DNA of 63,610 nt, the filler included, from Sphacelaria rigidula (lineage: Eukaryota): assembly GCA_964200075.2 (NCBI GenBank). It is 7 parts of 7 records of this genome, joined end to end, with 100 filler letters (N's around TTAATTAATTAA, not from the genome) between each part and the next. Parts side by side here need not be neighbours in the genome. Positions count along the whole stretch, not along the records: positions 54,611 to 63,610 come from CAXNAA020009550.1; 6 more parts are not named here. One strand, 5' to 3'. Positions 63,130-63,610 of the stretch are shown here, one piece after another (positions within the stretch are counted from its first letter, which is position 1; every line of letters begins with the position of its first letter). The notes beneath the pieces are model-generated. The model did not search any database. It saw only the letters and a list, made by a program, of their open reading frames with translations, and was not told the DNA's origin. Position numbers and translations under genes: made by a program.

Positions 63130-63430
63130 ACACCCATGAGGCAGTGTGGGGTCGTAGCTGTCACTGAAAGTGGCGATACCAGACAATAAAGCAACTCATT
63201 GTAAGCTGTCATCCGTATGCAAGATGATCAGTAGGCTTCGGCCCGAACAATCTTGGCAGGATGCAGCTCACCCTTCACGCGACTCGTCGAGCATATGACG
63301 GCGCTTCGCGCTTGGTGATGGATTGCAAACCTGGTCCGGCGAAAACATGGCGTTCTTATCCCGGCTTTGTAAAGATACGAGATCAATGGGCATATGACTA
63401 TGGCATGCAAGGTCACGGGTACACCCCCCC
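63130..63430 (-). repeat. Family A interspersed repeat copy
   Basis: GACACCCATGAGGCAGTG..GGCCCGAACAATCTTGGCAGGATG..GACTATGGCATGCA..TACACCCCCCC. Confidence 0.88.
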
Positions 63431-63551
63431 CACCCCCCCCTGCGTACATCTCACCCATACAGAACCCCTCCTGAAATCGAAGGGATGGGCACTGACGTGC
63501 AGTTGGTGGGGGCCCTTAATACTGCGCTCACTTTTGTCATTATCTATGGTA

Positions 63552-63588
<37 letters not shown>

Positions 63589-63610
63589 ACTCGTCCTCTC
63601 CTCCACTCCA

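Noticed and set aside
1..63610. Fanzor/TnpB, Cas or other RNA-guided nuclease system
   Set aside because: I saw no RuvC-like catalytic motifs or associated zinc finger in any frame, and no repeat-spacer array.

Overview
This is not one locus. It is seven unrelated contigs of 9002, 9002, 9002, 9002, 9001, 9001 and 9000 bp, apparently size-sorted and joined by identical 100-bp N44-TTAATTAATTAA-N44 linkers, so no synteny can be inferred across linkers. The DNA is eukaryotic, intron-rich and repeat-rich, most consistent with a brown alga (Phaeophyceae; inference from WSC-domain exons, short GT-AG exons in long introns, an RTE-type LINE and poly-C/G tracts). Spliced partial genes reconstructed by hand: a PptH-like calcineurin-like metallophosphoesterase (contig 1), a cyclin T/K-type fragment (contig 2), chaperonin subunit CCT3 (contig 3), a MORN-repeat protein with a three-repeat superstructure (contig 5) and a WSC-domain pseudogene (contig 6). 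Contig 7 holds a decayed RTE-type LINE. The rest is non-autonomous elements: a TA-flanked TIR family whose copies carry different ~300-nt palindromes at about the same internal site, a hAT-like element, tRNA-like SINE heads and several long hairpins. I found no CRISPR array, rRNA, intact tRNA or recognisable defence or nuclease system. The best leads are the hairpin-carrying TIR family, the periodic His/Cys pattern in the MORN protein and a few orphan or decayed reading frames.
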